A stretch of 64,000 nucleotides of DNA from Fervidobacterium sp. (GTDB taxonomy: Bacteria; Thermotogota; Thermotogae; Thermotogales; Fervidobacteriaceae). The notes beneath the pieces are model-generated. The model was not told the origin of the DNA. It did no database searches and saw nothing but the letters and a program-made list of their open reading frames with translations. Positions 36,712 through 47,499 of this stretch are shown here, one piece after another (the first letter of the stretch is position 1; each line of letters starts with the position of its first letter). The position numbers and the translations under genes were made by a program. The DNA lies in the NCBI GenBank assembly GCA_049970055.1, contig JBMFNR010000002.1, positions 500,406 to 564,405 on the forward strand. The letters are read 5' to 3'.

Positions 36712-37653
36712 ATGGAGTTTCTGCATCTTTTTTTATTTTTACCACCAATACTGTTAGGTGTAGTGATGGGAGGGAACGATGCGGGTAATATACTAGGACC
36801 AACCGTTGGAAATGGTATCTTTAGAGCAAGGAAGGCAGTTTTTGTGGTTTCTGTGTTTGTTATCATTGGTGCGATCATTGGTGGCTTGCCTGGTATGAGA
36901 GTTGCCTCGGGATTAGTAAAGGTTACAACAAGTGAAGTGATTATAATAAATTTGTCGTCTGCTATTGTGACATTGTTTTTTTTGTTAAGTAAATTACCGA
37001 TTTCTATGACACAAGCCATAGTTGGCGCTAATGTTGGCGTTGGTATATTAACAAAGAATATTAATACTCAAATATTGTTTGTAATAGTTTTAGCTTGGTT
37101 TTTGACACCTCCTTTGGCCTACGTTTTTAGTTTTGTATTCTTCAAGTTATTTTCTCGCATCTTCAAGCTTATTAAAAGTTTGCAACTACGAAATATGGTT
37201 CTTCGACTTTTGCTTTGGGGCTTCACGTTGTATGGAGCTTATTCCCTTGGAGCAAATAATGCTGGAAAAATTACTGGTATATTGTACAACCGGGGATTTA
37301 ACTTGTACTTTCTATTACTTGTGAGTGGAGTCTCACTTGCCGTAGGTATTTTGAGCTTTGGTGAGAGGACAATTTACACAGTTGGAAGGTCGCTGATAAA
37401 GTTAGATGATTTCTCAGCTATGATTGTCATTTCATCTTCTGCTTTCTCTATATGGTTTTTCTCACTCTTAGGGTTGCCCATTTCCGCAGCACATGCCATG
37501 ATTGGTAGTATTCTCGGTGTTTCTGGTGCAAGGGGTACAAAGATAGAAGATAAAAGGGTATTGCAAAAAATATTTTTCTCGTGGTTGGAAGCACCATTGT
37601 ACAGTGGGATTTTTTCTGCAATGCTACTTTCAATTTACAAACTTTTATGGTAA
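36712..37653 (+). CDS. PiT family inorganic phosphate transporter
   Basis: Duplicated GGNDAGN / GANNAG signature; LPISMTQ and LPISAAH. Confidence 0.88.
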   Translation: MEFLHLFLFLPPILLGVVMGGNDAGNILGPTVGNGIFRARKAVFVVSVFVIIGAIIGGLPGMRVASGLVKVTTSEVIIINLSSAIVTLFFLLSKLPISMTQAIVGANVGVGILTKNINTQILFVIVLAWFLTPPLAYVFSFVFFKLFSRIFKLIKSLQLRNMVLRLLLWGFTLYGAYSLGANNAGKITGILYNRGFNLYFLLLVSGVSLAVGILSFGERTIYTVGRSLIKLDDFSAMIVISSSAFSIWFFSLLGLPISAAHAMIGSILGVSGARGTKIEDKRVLQKIFFSWLEAPLYSGIFSAMLLSIYKLLW

Positions 37654-37693
37654 AATATTTTTGTTAAAATATCAGATTGTGGAGGTGTAGTTC

Positions 37694-38206
37694 ATGGACT
37701 TGAAGACCTTTATAAGGGATATTCCCGATTTTCCGCAGAAAGGTGTCATTTTTAGGGACATAACCCCCCTTGTTAAGAACCCGGAAGCATTTAAGTATGC
37801 GATTGATTCTATTGGAAAAGAGCTTGAAAAATTTGATTTTGACCTCATTGTTTGTCCAGAGGCACGAGGCTTTATGATTGCTGCTCCACTTGCTTACAAA
37901 ATGAACAAAGGACTTGTACCCGTAAGAAAGCCTGGAAAACTTCCATATAAAACAATAAGTGATGTGTACGAACTCGAATATGGCAAGGCTGAGCTGCATA
38001 TGCATGAAGATGCTATACAACCTGGTCAAAAAGTAATAATAATTGATGATGTCCTTGCAACTGGCGGTACAGCACTGGCGCTAAAAAGGTTGGTTGAAAA
38101 AGCTGGTGGAGAGATTGTTGCTTCCGCATTCTTGATAGAGCTTACTTATCTTAATCCGAGAAATTTGTTAAAAGATCTACCAATAATTGCACCAATTAAA
38201 TATTGA
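37694..38206 (+). CDS. apt: Adenine phosphoribosyltransferase
   Basis: IPDFPQKGVIFRDITP, EARGF, RKPGKLP, IIDDVLATGGT. Confidence 0.97.
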   Translation: MDLKTFIRDIPDFPQKGVIFRDITPLVKNPEAFKYAIDSIGKELEKFDFDLIVCPEARGFMIAAPLAYKMNKGLVPVRKPGKLPYKTISDVYELEYGKAELHMHEDAIQPGQKVIIIDDVLATGGTALALKRLVEKAGGEIVASAFLIELTYLNPRNLLKDLPIIAPIKY

Positions 38207-38270
38207 TGTGACTTAACAGTATTAACAGTACTAGTTGTAACTTTCCTTCAAGACAACAGGAGGTGTTTTT

Positions 38271-39632
38271 ATGTTAAAGTTTGACTTTACATACACTTTA
38301 TCTGACAACGTTGCTGGTGGATTAAAATACGAAGAAATCGACGCTTTTTCTGAGAAAGTCTCAGAGTCTCTTTCAAAACTTGCCGAAAACAAGCCAGGTT
38401 TTGTAAATACAATCTTAACAAGGAAATGGATAGATTCCGTTAACGAATTAAGCGATTTTATATTCACGTTCGATAATATAGTTGTTCTTGGAATAGGTGG
38501 GTCGGCACTTGGTAATATAGCCATTCAGAATGCGCTCAGGCCTTTTAACTGGAATTCACTCACTTCGGAAGACAGGAACGGTTATTTGAGAGTTTACATT
38601 GTTGATAACGTTGATCCTGAATATTTGTCTTCTGTTCTTGAGTGTGTTAATCCAAAACATACGCTTTTTAACATAATATCGAAATCAGGTACAACAGCGG
38701 AACCAATGGCAAATTACCTTGTTGTTAGAAGCATCCTTGAATCTTACGGGTTAGATCCGAAAGAGCACATCATCTTTACAACGGACCCAGAAAAGGGTGT
38801 ATTAAGAAGAATAGGCAGAGCTGAGGGAATTAGAATGCTGGACATACCGCCTGATGTTGGAGGAAGGTTCAGTGTTTTGACACCCGTGGGTCTTCTTTCC
38901 GCAAAAGCTGCTGGTGTAGATATCGAAGAACTTGTAATTGGTGCTAAGGATGCTTTCGAAAAAAGTTTAAAGTCAAAGTTATGGGAAAATCCAGCCGCAC
39001 TTTTAGCTGTTATTCACTATTTGCATTACAAAAAAGGAAGAAATATCTCTGTTATGATGGCATATTCAAATAAACTTTATTATCTTGCGGATTGGTACAG
39101 GCAACTTTGGGCAGAGAGCTTAGGAAAGATGTACGATAACGATGGTAACAGAGTAAATGTTGGTCAAACACCAGTTAAAGCGCTTGGTGCTGTGGACCAG
39201 CATTCGCAAGTACAACTTTACAACGAGGGGCCCGATGATAAGGTTATAACATTCCTTAGGACTGAAAGTTTTGAGAGAGATATCTTTATACCAAAACTTC
39301 ACGAAAATGAGCCTGAATTGACCTATCTTGGCGGTAAGAAGCTTTCACAACTTTTGAACAATGAACAACTTGGTACACAATTGGCACTTGCAAAGCATGG
39401 AAGACCGTCTCTTACTGTATCATTCCCAAGGATCGATGAATACCACCTTGGCCAATTTTTCATGTATTACGAAATTACTACAGCTATAGCTGGAGATTTG
39501 TTCAATATAAATCCTTATGATCAACCTGGCGTTGAGCTTGGTAAAAAAATTACTTACGCTCTTATGGGACGTAACGGTTTTGAAGAATTTAACTATTTGG
39601 AAAGTGCTCAAAAAAGGATCGTGATAGAATGA
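38271..39632 (+). CDS. pgi: Glucose-6-phosphate isomerase
   Basis: [44 protein letters not shown]. Confidence 0.97.
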   Translation: MLKFDFTYTLSDNVAGGLKYEEIDAFSEKVSESLSKLAENKPGFVNTILTRKWIDSVNELSDFIFTFDNIVVLGIGGSALGNIAIQNALRPFNWNSLTSEDRNGYLRVYIVDNVDPEYLSSVLECVNPKHTLFNIISKSGTTAEPMANYLVVRSILESYGLDPKEHIIFTTDPEKGVLRRIGRAEGIRMLDIPPDVGGRFSVLTPVGLLSAKAAGVDIEELVIGAKDAFEKSLKSKLWENPAALLAVIHYLHYKKGRNISVMMAYSNKLYYLADWYRQLWAESLGKMYDNDGNRVNVGQTPVKALGAVDQHSQVQLYNEGPDDKVITFLRTESFERDIFIPKLHENEPELTYLGGKKLSQLLNNEQLGTQLALAKHGRPSLTVSFPRIDEYHLGQFFMYYEITTAIAGDLFNINPYDQPGVELGKKITYALMGRNGFEEFNYLESAQKRIVIE

Positions 39633-39850
39633 TGAAAGAATATATTGATGTGCTGAAGAAAATTTTTGATCCTGTTGCTATTTTCATGAAAGATGAAGAG
39701 TTTATCATTGTTGTAAAGGATGAAATGGACGTTGGCAGCAAAGCAAAGGAATTATCTGAGACTATTGATGATGATCTAAGCTTAATGATTCTGACAAAGC
39801 ACGAATTTGAAAATTTGAAAAACAAAAACTTAGGAGAAAAAATAATCTGA
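39629..39850 (+). CDS. Small hypothetical protein
   Basis: 73 aa, ATGA overlap with pgi and 2 nt from coaE. Confidence 0.75.
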   Translation: MMKEYIDVLKKIFDPVAIFMKDEEFIIVVKDEMDVGSKAKELSETIDDDLSLMILTKHEFENLKNKNLGEKII

Positions 39851-39852
39851 TC

Positions 39853-40377
39853 ATGATCATATGTGTCACAGGTAAGATAGGCACTGGGAAAAGCACAGTA
39901 TCAAGGTTTTTTGAAAATCTTGGTTTTGCATATATAAACGTTGATAAATTGGGACATATTGCTTTTGAGATGAATATTGAAAAAATATTAAATGCATTCG
40001 GAACCAGGGAAAGAAAGGAAATTGTCACTTTGGTATTTAAAGATCAGCAGAAATTGAGAATGCTCGAATCTATCGTTCACCCTACAATTAGGCAATTACT
40101 TGAAGAAGAACTCAAAAAGCACAATGGGAAAAATATTGTTGTTGAAGCTGCTATTCGAAGAAGGTTGCAGATCAATTGTTGTGATGTTATTTTAACTGTT
40201 GTATCTAGCATTGAAAATATCAAAAAAAGACTTTCTGGAAAATATCCTGAAGATCTAATTGTGGAGATTTTGGAGAAGCAGGATGATGTTTTCGAAGAAG
40301 GTATCGTTGTTGAAAATAACGGTACAATAGAAGAATTAGAAAAACAGCTTGAGAATATTTGGAAGAAAATATCTTGA
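39853..40377 (+). CDS. coaE: Dephospho-CoA kinase
   Basis: VTGKIGTGKST, DKLGH, LESIVHP, NNGTIEEL. Confidence 0.9.
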   Translation: MIICVTGKIGTGKSTVSRFFENLGFAYINVDKLGHIAFEMNIEKILNAFGTRERKEIVTLVFKDQQKLRMLESIVHPTIRQLLEEELKKHNGKNIVVEAAIRRRLQINCCDVILTVVSSIENIKKRLSGKYPEDLIVEILEKQDDVFEEGIVVENNGTIEELEKQLENIWKKIS

Positions 40378-40383
40378 ATTGAC

Positions 40384-40422
40384 GGGGGGAACTTTGGAGG
40401 ATCTGAAGTTCTCCTCTTTTTT
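40384..40422 (+). terminator. Terminator-like hairpin after coaE
   Basis: GGGGGAACTT...AAGTTCTCC followed by TCTTTTTT. Confidence 0.65.
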
Positions 40423-40810
40423 ATTTGTAACCATTCTTATTAGTTAGTACATTGGAGATTGTACCAACAATTATGATAATCATCATACTAAATAATCCAA
40501 ACATTACACTACCTTTTGCAGTTACAGTTAAAAGTATGGGAAATGTCGGGAAGGATCTAAAATATAAAAAAATAAAGATCTGTAAAGATAAGAACGACAA
40601 TATTGGTGAGGCTATAGACACAATGAGTATGTCTGTCAATGAGTTGCCCGTTCCAAGAAGAATGGAAGAGATAACTAAAAAAACTTCCGGAACAGAGCCG
40701 AAAGAAAAGTTTTCAAAGATACGAAATACACATTCATAGGAAATTATCATACTTATAAAAACCGATAACAATATTAAATTGACAATTCTTATTCTTCTCA
40801 CTCTGAACAT
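40421..40810 (-). CDS. Hypothetical membrane protein (about 4 TM)
   Basis: Hydrophobic ORF with RBS AAGGGGGG. Confidence 0.65.
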   Translation of the reverse strand: MFRVRRIRIVNLILLSVFISMIISYECVFRIFENFSFGSVPEVFLVISSILLGTGNSLTDILIVSIASPILSFLSLQIFIFLYFRSFPTFPILLTVTAKGSVMFGLFSMMIIIIVGTISNVLTNKNGYK

Positions 40811-40923
40811 ATTGCGCCCCCCTTAATTTTCAGTCATAACAATTTTAGCACAATTTATGGTAAAATAATACTGCAGTGAATAACTGAGACTAACTGTAAA
40901 TAACGTTATTTGGAGTTGAGAAA

Positions 40924-41781
40924 GTGTTATTTAATCCGGTAGAAGAATCAAAACGTATAGAAGAGTTTATAAAAGAAACATTAGAAACTTACAATTTTAA
41001 GGGAGCAGTAATAGGTATCAGTGGAGGAATTGATTCCGCTGTTGTTTTAGCGCTACTTATTAGGTGTATACCGAAGGATAAAATTCGCGCGCTAATTCTT
41101 CCAGAAAGAGATAGTTCGAAAGAAAGTGCCAAAGACGCGAAACTGCTTTGCAAACATTTTGGAGTTGATTGTAAAGTTTTCTCAATAACGGGTGCATTAC
41201 GAAACCTTGGAGTGTACTCGCTTTTCCCCCCAGTGCTCTTAATCCCAGAAAGTGTGAAAGTCAAATATACCAAGAAAAGGTGGGAGAAGTACAAAGAACC
41301 TTACTATATGGATCTAAAAAACGAAGGTGATGAAACATTTCTCAAAGGACTTGCTTACTACAGAGTTAAGCATCGTGTAAGGATGTGCAAACTGTACATG
41401 GAAGCAGAGAGACTTGGATATTGTGTTGTAGGAACAACAAACAAAACAGAGCTACTTTTGGGCTTGTATGTTAAGTGGGGAGATGATGCAGTAGATATTG
41501 AACCAATAAAGCATTTATACAAAACTCAGGTTTTTGAACTTGCAAAATACTTAGGAGTACCAGAACAGATAATAAATAAGAAACCAACACCAGATCTAAT
41601 TCCAGGTATAACCGACGAGGATGCTTTTGGCATTCAATATTCCAAAATAGACGAGATATTAATGGCAATTGAAAACGGCACAGAAGAGGATGACGAGATA
41701 ACTAATCGAGTTAAACATATTATGTCGTTGACGAAGATAAGAGAACTAAAAGCTTATGGAATAGAAGATAAAAAACGTTAG
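40924..41781 (+). CDS. nadE: NH3-dependent NAD+ synthetase
   Basis: GISGGIDSA, RVRM, GTTNKTE, KWGD, HLYKTQV, KKPTPDL; no glutaminase domain. Confidence 0.94.
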   Translation: MLFNPVEESKRIEEFIKETLETYNFKGAVIGISGGIDSAVVLALLIRCIPKDKIRALILPERDSSKESAKDAKLLCKHFGVDCKVFSITGALRNLGVYSLFPPVLLIPESVKVKYTKKRWEKYKEPYYMDLKNEGDETFLKGLAYYRVKHRVRMCKLYMEAERLGYCVVGTTNKTELLLGLYVKWGDDAVDIEPIKHLYKTQVFELAKYLGVPEQIINKKPTPDLIPGITDEDAFGIQYSKIDEILMAIENGTEEDDEITNRVKHIMSLTKIRELKAYGIEDKKR

Positions 41782-41792
41782 GTGGTGAGTTC

Positions 41793-44498
41793 ATGATTGG
41801 TAGAAAAATTTGTGAATCACTGATAGAGATCTTTGAGTTGGATAAAAATGGTGAAAATGTGAACCTTGTTGCAGAGGAAATCGCTAAGTTTATTGGTGTA
41901 AATTCACTTTCAGTCGCTATTTTTGAAGAAAAAAAGTCTTTGTTCAGAGTTCTTTTTACAAATTTCTTGCCAGTTTATTCGAAGATACCATATGATACGA
42001 TTTCCGAATTGGATCACGATAGCTTGCTTTCGCTAGTTGACAGTCCAGAATACGGTAAGTTGTACATTTCGAAGTTAACGAGTGGTGTGCCAGAAAAGAT
42101 GGTTGGTTTAATATTAACAAAAGAAAAACCATCAAACATACCTAATTTTAACGAAATAAGAGATTTTCTTAGTTTTGTCTTTAACTTTATCCCAAGGTAC
42201 GAGAAATCAAAAAACTACATTGAAAAATATAGATCGTTATGGATGTTAACAAATCTCTTTGAGAGTAGCAAAACTACTGAGGAGCTTATTGATAATTTTC
42301 TCAAAGTGATTTCACAAATTCTTGAATCGGATCTAACATTTTTTATCAACTTTAACAACGTGCCAGAAGGTAAAATGGTTGCGGATATAAAGAAGTATGA
42401 TTTGAACTCAGATGCGTTGAATGTCTTCAAAGTAGATTTAGACTCATTGGACAGTAAAACACTGCGTTACTTTAAAGGCTCAGATAAAGTTCTCTACAAG
42501 CCAAGCGGTATAGAAAAATTAACAAGGGTGGAAAAAGTTCTTTCAGCACTCATGGTTAAATCTGTTATCGGTTGGTTTGTCTTTATCAACAAAAGGGAAC
42601 CAAAGACTTACACATTGAGCAAAGCTTTTGATTCTTTAGACCTCGATATAGCGAAGGATTCGATTAACAGAATGATACTTGCAAAAGGGAGAATAGAATT
42701 TGAGAGACGCTTGGAGGAAGAAATTAATAAACTGAGACAACTACAATCAAGTTACGAATCACTTATAGAAGATCAGAAAGAACAGTTGCGAAAGATGAAT
42801 GCGGTCCATTACATTAGCCAAGCGATAAGAACTATGTATAGTGTAAAGAATGTCTATAAAACACTATTACTTGGACTAACTTCTGGTAGACTTTTGGGAT
42901 ACAACCGTGCTTTATTTCTAGCTTACGACGAAAAGAAGGATATTCTCATCGGAAGGATGTGGTTAGGACCGGAAAGCGAGAATGTAGAAGAAGATTGGAA
43001 GAAAGCTAATCAAAGGTCTATGAGATATTCCGATGTTGTTCAATACTTGAGGGAAGAGTCAATGGTACTGGAGCTTGATAACAAACTCACAAAGATAGTA
43101 GATGGAAGAATGTTTCCGTACAAAGGTCATCCGATACTAGAAAGATGTATTCTAAGAAAGAAAATATTCATTTCAAATGAAAAAATTATAGATGCAATGG
43201 GTATGGATTCGGCTGATCTTGTTGGAATACTTGGTACAAAGGAATTTGCTGTCATACCTTTGATCGGAAGGGAGCAAACTTTTGGGTTGATTATTGTTGA
43301 CAACTATTATACGAAGAAACCAATTAAAGAAACCGATGCTGAAATATTGAGAATACTCTCTGACAGTGCAAGTTTGGCGATAGAAACTGCGATAAACTAC
43401 GAAGAACTGAAAAATAAGACTCTGTCTCTCGAAAGACAAAAGAGTCTGATAGAATATCTTAGAGAATTCTCTGATTCCGTTCTCCAAAACATGTCGTCAG
43501 CAATTATTGTGCTTGATAGAGAAGGAAAGATAACTGAATGGAACAAGAAAGCCGAAGTTTATTTTGGTAGGCCGAAAGAGCAGATGACAGGTGTTGAACT
43601 TAGAACTCTTGGGACTGAATTTGACGATATAGAAGAAATGGCATTTCAAAGTATGAAGATAAAGGAAGAAATTACGTTAAGCAACTATCTTATTCAAGTG
43701 ATGGGCTCTGAGAGATACTATGATATACGTATCACTCCATTTTGGGATTCGGAAAAGATTATGCTTCGAGGTGTAATAATTACCTTGGATGATGTTACTG
43801 ATAGAGTTAATCTTGAAAAAGAGAGAAAAAAGCAAGAAAAACTAGCGGCACTTGGTGAGATGGCCGCAAGGGTTGCACATGAACTTAGGAACCCTATATC
43901 CGTTCTTGGAGGATTCATAAAAAGGCTTGAGAAAAATATAGATAATCCGGAAGCAAGTAGGAAGTATGCAAATATAATAAAAGAAGAAATTTTAAGATTG
44001 GAGCAGATCGTAAATGAAATATTAGACTTTAGTCGTGAGCCGCGTTCTTTAGAATTTACAAATTTCAATGTCAACAAGCTCATAAACGATGTTTACATAC
44101 TTTTAGAAGAGAAGGTGAAGGAAAAAAATATACTTTTTAGTTTTGAAACAGATTCCGAGGAAATAACTATTAACGCGGAGTACTCAAGGATGAAACAAGT
44201 AGTGATAAACTTAATCCAGAACGCTATTGAAGCAACTCCAATTGGTGGTAAAATATTAGTTGAGACACGCATAGGAATTGACAGAATTGTAATTTCGATA
44301 TGGAACGAAGGAACTCCAATCGATAAAGAGACGTCTGAAAAATTGTTTACACCGTTCTTTACAACAAAAGTACATGGGACAGGACTTGGTTTGGCAATAT
44401 GTAAGAAGATAATTGAAGACGAGCACAATGGAAAAATTTATCATATAGCTACAGAAGATGGGAACAAATTTGTTGTAGAACTTCCAAAGAACAATTAG
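41793..44498 (+). CDS. Cytoplasmic GAF-PAS sensor histidine kinase (ThkA-like)
   Basis: FAVIPL..GLIIVDN (GAF), AIIVLDREGKITEWN (PAS), AHELRNP, NLIQNA, FFTTK..GTGLGL; no TM helices. Confidence 0.92.
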   Translation: MIGRKICESLIEIFELDKNGENVNLVAEEIAKFIGVNSLSVAIFEEKKSLFRVLFTNFLPVYSKIPYDTISELDHDSLLSLVDSPEYGKLYISKLTSGVPEKMVGLILTKEKPSNIPNFNEIRDFLSFVFNFIPRYEKSKNYIEKYRSLWMLTNLFESSKTTEELIDNFLKVISQILESDLTFFINFNNVPEGKMVADIKKYDLNSDALNVFKVDLDSLDSKTLRYFKGSDKVLYKPSGIEKLTRVEKVLSALMVKSVIGWFVFINKREPKTYTLSKAFDSLDLDIAKDSINRMILAKGRIEFERRLEEEINKLRQLQSSYESLIEDQKEQLRKMNAVHYISQAIRTMYSVKNVYKTLLLGLTSGRLLGYNRALFLAYDEKKDILIGRMWLGPESENVEEDWKKANQRSMRYSDVVQYLREESMVLELDNKLTKIVDGRMFPYKGHPILERCILRKKIFISNEKIIDAMGMDSADLVGILGTKEFAVIPLIGREQTFGLIIVDNYYTKKPIKETDAEILRILSDSASLAIETAINYEELKNKTLSLERQKSLIEYLREFSDSVLQNMSSAIIVLDREGKITEWNKKAEVYFGRPKEQMTGVELRTLGTEFDDIEEMAFQSMKIKEEITLSNYLIQVMGSERYYDIRITPFWDSEKIMLRGVIITLDDVTDRVNLEKERKKQEKLAALGEMAARVAHELRNPISVLGGFIKRLEKNIDNPEASRKYANIIKEEILRLEQIVNEILDFSREPRSLEFTNFNVNKLINDVYILLEEKVKEKNILFSFETDSEEITINAEYSRMKQVVINLIQNAIEATPIGGKILVETRIGIDRIVISIWNEGTPIDKETSEKLFTPFFTTKVHGTGLGLAICKKIIEDEHNGKIYHIATEDGNKFVVELPKNN

Positions 44499-44538
44499 AA
44501 ATAAATGATAAATTAATGTTAAAATAGGAGGAAAGTAT

Positions 44539-44889
44539 ATGATGGAAATTATGCTTAAAGCAAAAATTCATATGGCGACGGTAACTGAAAAAGAAATTGA
44601 GTACGAAGGAAGCATTGGAATAGATGAAGAATTATTAGAATTAAGTGGCATAAAGGTCAATGAAATGGTTCTTGTATCAGATGTAAATAACGGTAATAGA
44701 TTGGTTACCTACGTGATTCCTGAACCACGTGGTAGCAGGAAAATTTCGCTTAACGGTGCAGCAGCAAGACTTGTTGAAAAAGGAGATAGAATTATAATTA
44801 TGGCTTTTGGCTTATACGTTCCAGAAGAGTACAAAGGAGCAAAGATAATATTATTAAATCCAGATAACACCGTAAAAGAGATAAAATAG
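44539..44889 (+). CDS. panD: Aspartate 1-decarboxylase
   Basis: MLKAKIH, YEGSIGID autocleavage site, NGNRLVTYVI, LNGAAARL. Confidence 0.96.
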   Translation: MMEIMLKAKIHMATVTEKEIEYEGSIGIDEELLELSGIKVNEMVLVSDVNNGNRLVTYVIPEPRGSRKISLNGAAARLVEKGDRIIIMAFGLYVPEEYKGAKIILLNPDNTVKEIK

Positions 44890-44925
44890 GTTCTACTCAC
44901 AAGATATTATCCAAGGGGGATAAAG

Positions 44926-46320
44926 ATGGATATCGACATATCCGTAGCACCCGACAAGATGGAGGCATACCTAGTAGTGAGAAACATATTTCCCGGTGAA
45001 GAAGTAACTTTAGATAAGTTAGTAGAAGCAATAAAGGAGGCAAAAATTATATACGGCATCGATTATGATGCTTTAAGGCTTTTTTGCGAAAGTCCCACCG
45101 AGAATGTACCGTTGATATTCGCTCATGGTGACAAACCAAAAGACGGAGAAGATGGCAGAATAGTCTTTGAAGTTAGAGAAAAAAAGGCAACAGAAGTTTA
45201 TTCCAGCAACAAAATCGATTTCAGGGAATTTCCTGTACAAAAACGTATAATCGTTAAGAAAGGGCAAAAGATAGCTACTATTTATCCACCAACAGACGGT
45301 GTACCTGGTAAGAACGTTTACGGCGAGATAGTTCCTGCAAGAAGAGGGAACGAAGCTAAAGTCATCTTGGCAAAAAATGTAGCTTTAGGTGATGATGGCC
45401 ACAGCATAATTTCAACAACTGATGGTATACTGAAAGTAGACGTTGAAAAAAATGTGATTGAAGTCAGTGAATACCTAGAGATAGACGGTGACGTGGATTA
45501 CGAAACGGGAAATATCGACTTTCCAGGTATTGTTCTTATTAAAGGAGACGTTAAACCGGGTTTTGTTGTAAGAGCAAAAGGGGACATAGAGATTGTTGGT
45601 GTACTTGAGGCAGCAACTGCTATTTCACTTGAAGGTAATGTGAAGGTAAGCGGTGCAAAGGGTAAAGATAAAGGATTCATAAAGGCAAAGAGAGATGTGC
45701 ATGTAAAATACGCTGAATCAATTACTATAGAGGCCGAAAACTTATTCTTTGAGCACAGTTTATTAAATTGTACAGTTAGGGTAACAAATTCTATAGTAGG
45801 TACCGGAAGAAACTCATCAATTGTAGCTGGTGAGTACATTGCGGCGAATTTGATAGAAGCAGACGAAATAGGATCCGATATTGGTACAAAAACTTACTTG
45901 GAAGTTGGTGTGAACCCATATTTGAGAGAAGAGATAAAGCTACTCCGGGCACAAATAGAGGTTGATAGAACGAGTATACAGAAATTGATTGCCATTGTTA
46001 AACAATATAAAGAACTTAAAGGCAGAGGTGTTGCAATCCCTCAAGAAAGAGAAGAGCAATTTTCAAAAGCTGCAAAAGCACTAATTAACTTGAGAGATCA
46101 AGTTGAAAAAAATATTGCAAAACTTAACGAGCTTGAGCAAAAACTGACTACTATGTCTTTTAATTCAAAAATAGTGGCGAGAAAATTGCTTCACGCAGGT
46201 GTCGAGGTTACAATTCATAGCAATAGATTTTATTCAACAGTGGATCTAGCAAAAGTTGTTCTTAGGTTTGACGGTGAAAAAGTCGTTGCCGGTGGTTACA
46301 GTGAAGAAGGGAGAAGCTAA
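44926..46320 (+). CDS. FapA/DUF342 family protein
   Basis: ISVAPDKMEAYL, GEDGRI, GKNVYG, GDVDYETGNIDF. Confidence 0.88.
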   Translation: MDIDISVAPDKMEAYLVVRNIFPGEEVTLDKLVEAIKEAKIIYGIDYDALRLFCESPTENVPLIFAHGDKPKDGEDGRIVFEVREKKATEVYSSNKIDFREFPVQKRIIVKKGQKIATIYPPTDGVPGKNVYGEIVPARRGNEAKVILAKNVALGDDGHSIISTTDGILKVDVEKNVIEVSEYLEIDGDVDYETGNIDFPGIVLIKGDVKPGFVVRAKGDIEIVGVLEAATAISLEGNVKVSGAKGKDKGFIKAKRDVHVKYAESITIEAENLFFEHSLLNCTVRVTNSIVGTGRNSSIVAGEYIAANLIEADEIGSDIGTKTYLEVGVNPYLREEIKLLRAQIEVDRTSIQKLIAIVKQYKELKGRGVAIPQEREEQFSKAAKALINLRDQVEKNIAKLNELEQKLTTMSFNSKIVARKLLHAGVEVTIHSNRFYSTVDLAKVVLRFDGEKVVAGGYSEEGRS

Positions 46321-46323
46321 TTG

Positions 46324-47133
46324 ATGACTATTAAAATACTTCCAGAATTCAGGCCAATGATATGGGGAAATTTTGAATTGAATAGAGTTTTTGGTGTGAG
46401 TGCAGAAAATCCTATCGGTGAAGTATGGTTACTTTCTGGACACCCTTTATATGAAAATGTGTTAGATACAAAAGAGACTATCAATGAATTTGGGAAAAAA
46501 ATTTACAACGGTCGTTATAAACGTTTTCCAATACTTATAAAACTTGTTTCAACGAGCCAATGGTTAAGCGTGCAAGTGCATCCCGACGATGAATATGCAA
46601 AGAAAGTTGAAAATGAACCTTGGGGAAAAAGTGAAGTTTGGTATTTTTTAACAGACGGAGAGCTTGCAATATGTGAAGAAGTTAACATTTTATCAGAATT
46701 AGCTGAACATGGGGAATTCAACAAGTTGCCTAGATATCTAACTTTTGTAAAAATAAAATCCGGTACATTTGTTAACATACCCGCTGGTACCGTCCATGCT
46801 CTTGGGCCAAACAGTACAGTAATCGAAGTTCAGCAAAGCTCAGATTTAACTTACAGGATTTACGATTGGGGAAGACCAAGAGAAACTCATATCCAAAAAG
46901 CGATATCTGTTGCAAAGAATATAAAGGTATCCGAAATTGTTTTTGAAAATACATATAAGTTGTCGAATGGTTATTTTACTATGCATGTGTTAACGGACGA
47001 AAGAAATTTTCCAAAAGAAGCTAGGTTCCCAATTGTACGAATCCCATTAAAATTAAGCAGAGAGTTCTGTGCTTCGATCTCATTCGAAGAAAATTTCTCA
47101 CCAAATGATATTCTAATTTATAATTTTTTATGA
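46324..47133 (+). CDS. manA: Mannose-6-phosphate isomerase, class I
   Basis: IWG, IGEVW, LSVQVHPDD, GKSEVWY, PAGTVHA, EVQQSSDLTYRIYDW. Confidence 0.9.
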   Translation: MTIKILPEFRPMIWGNFELNRVFGVSAENPIGEVWLLSGHPLYENVLDTKETINEFGKKIYNGRYKRFPILIKLVSTSQWLSVQVHPDDEYAKKVENEPWGKSEVWYFLTDGELAICEEVNILSELAEHGEFNKLPRYLTFVKIKSGTFVNIPAGTVHALGPNSTVIEVQQSSDLTYRIYDWGRPRETHIQKAISVAKNIKVSEIVFENTYKLSNGYFTMHVLTDERNFPKEARFPIVRIPLKLSREFCASISFEENFSPNDILIYNFL

Positions 47134-47137
47134 TTTT

Positions 47138-47173
47138 AAAAAAGCAGGCTTAAAAGCCTGCTTTTATTTTTTT
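47138..47173. terminator. Bidirectional intrinsic terminator
   Basis: AAAAAAGCAGGCTT-AA-AAGCCTGC-TTTTATTTT between convergent manA and acpP. Confidence 0.88.
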
Positions 47174-47175
47174 AT

Positions 47176-47424
47176 TTATTCTTCTTTTAGCTTTTCACTT
47201 AACAAATTAAGGATATCTCTCACAGTGAGGAGTCTTTCTATCTCTTCGTCCTCTAGCTTTATACCGAATTCATCTTCGAATACCATAACTAAATCGAAAG
47301 CGTCGAGCGAATCTGCTCCCAGGTCTTCAATAAGGTGGCTATCCTCATCGATGTCTTCAATAGGAACGTTAAGTTTTTCTGAAATTATCTCAGCGACCTT
47401 CTTGAAAAGTTCTTCTCTATCCAC
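47176..47424 (-). CDS. acpP: Acyl carrier protein
   Basis: DLGADSLD phosphopantetheine site, FEDEFGI. Confidence 0.96.
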   Translation of the reverse strand: MDREELFKKVAEIISEKLNVPIEDIDEDSHLIEDLGADSLDAFDLVMVFEDEFGIKLEDEEIERLLTVRDILNLLSEKLKEE

Positions 47425-47499
47425 GATGTTCGACCTCCCATTTGTTTATTTTCCCGATTACTTGCAATATTGTAATCAATAATCAAAGATTTGTCAATA

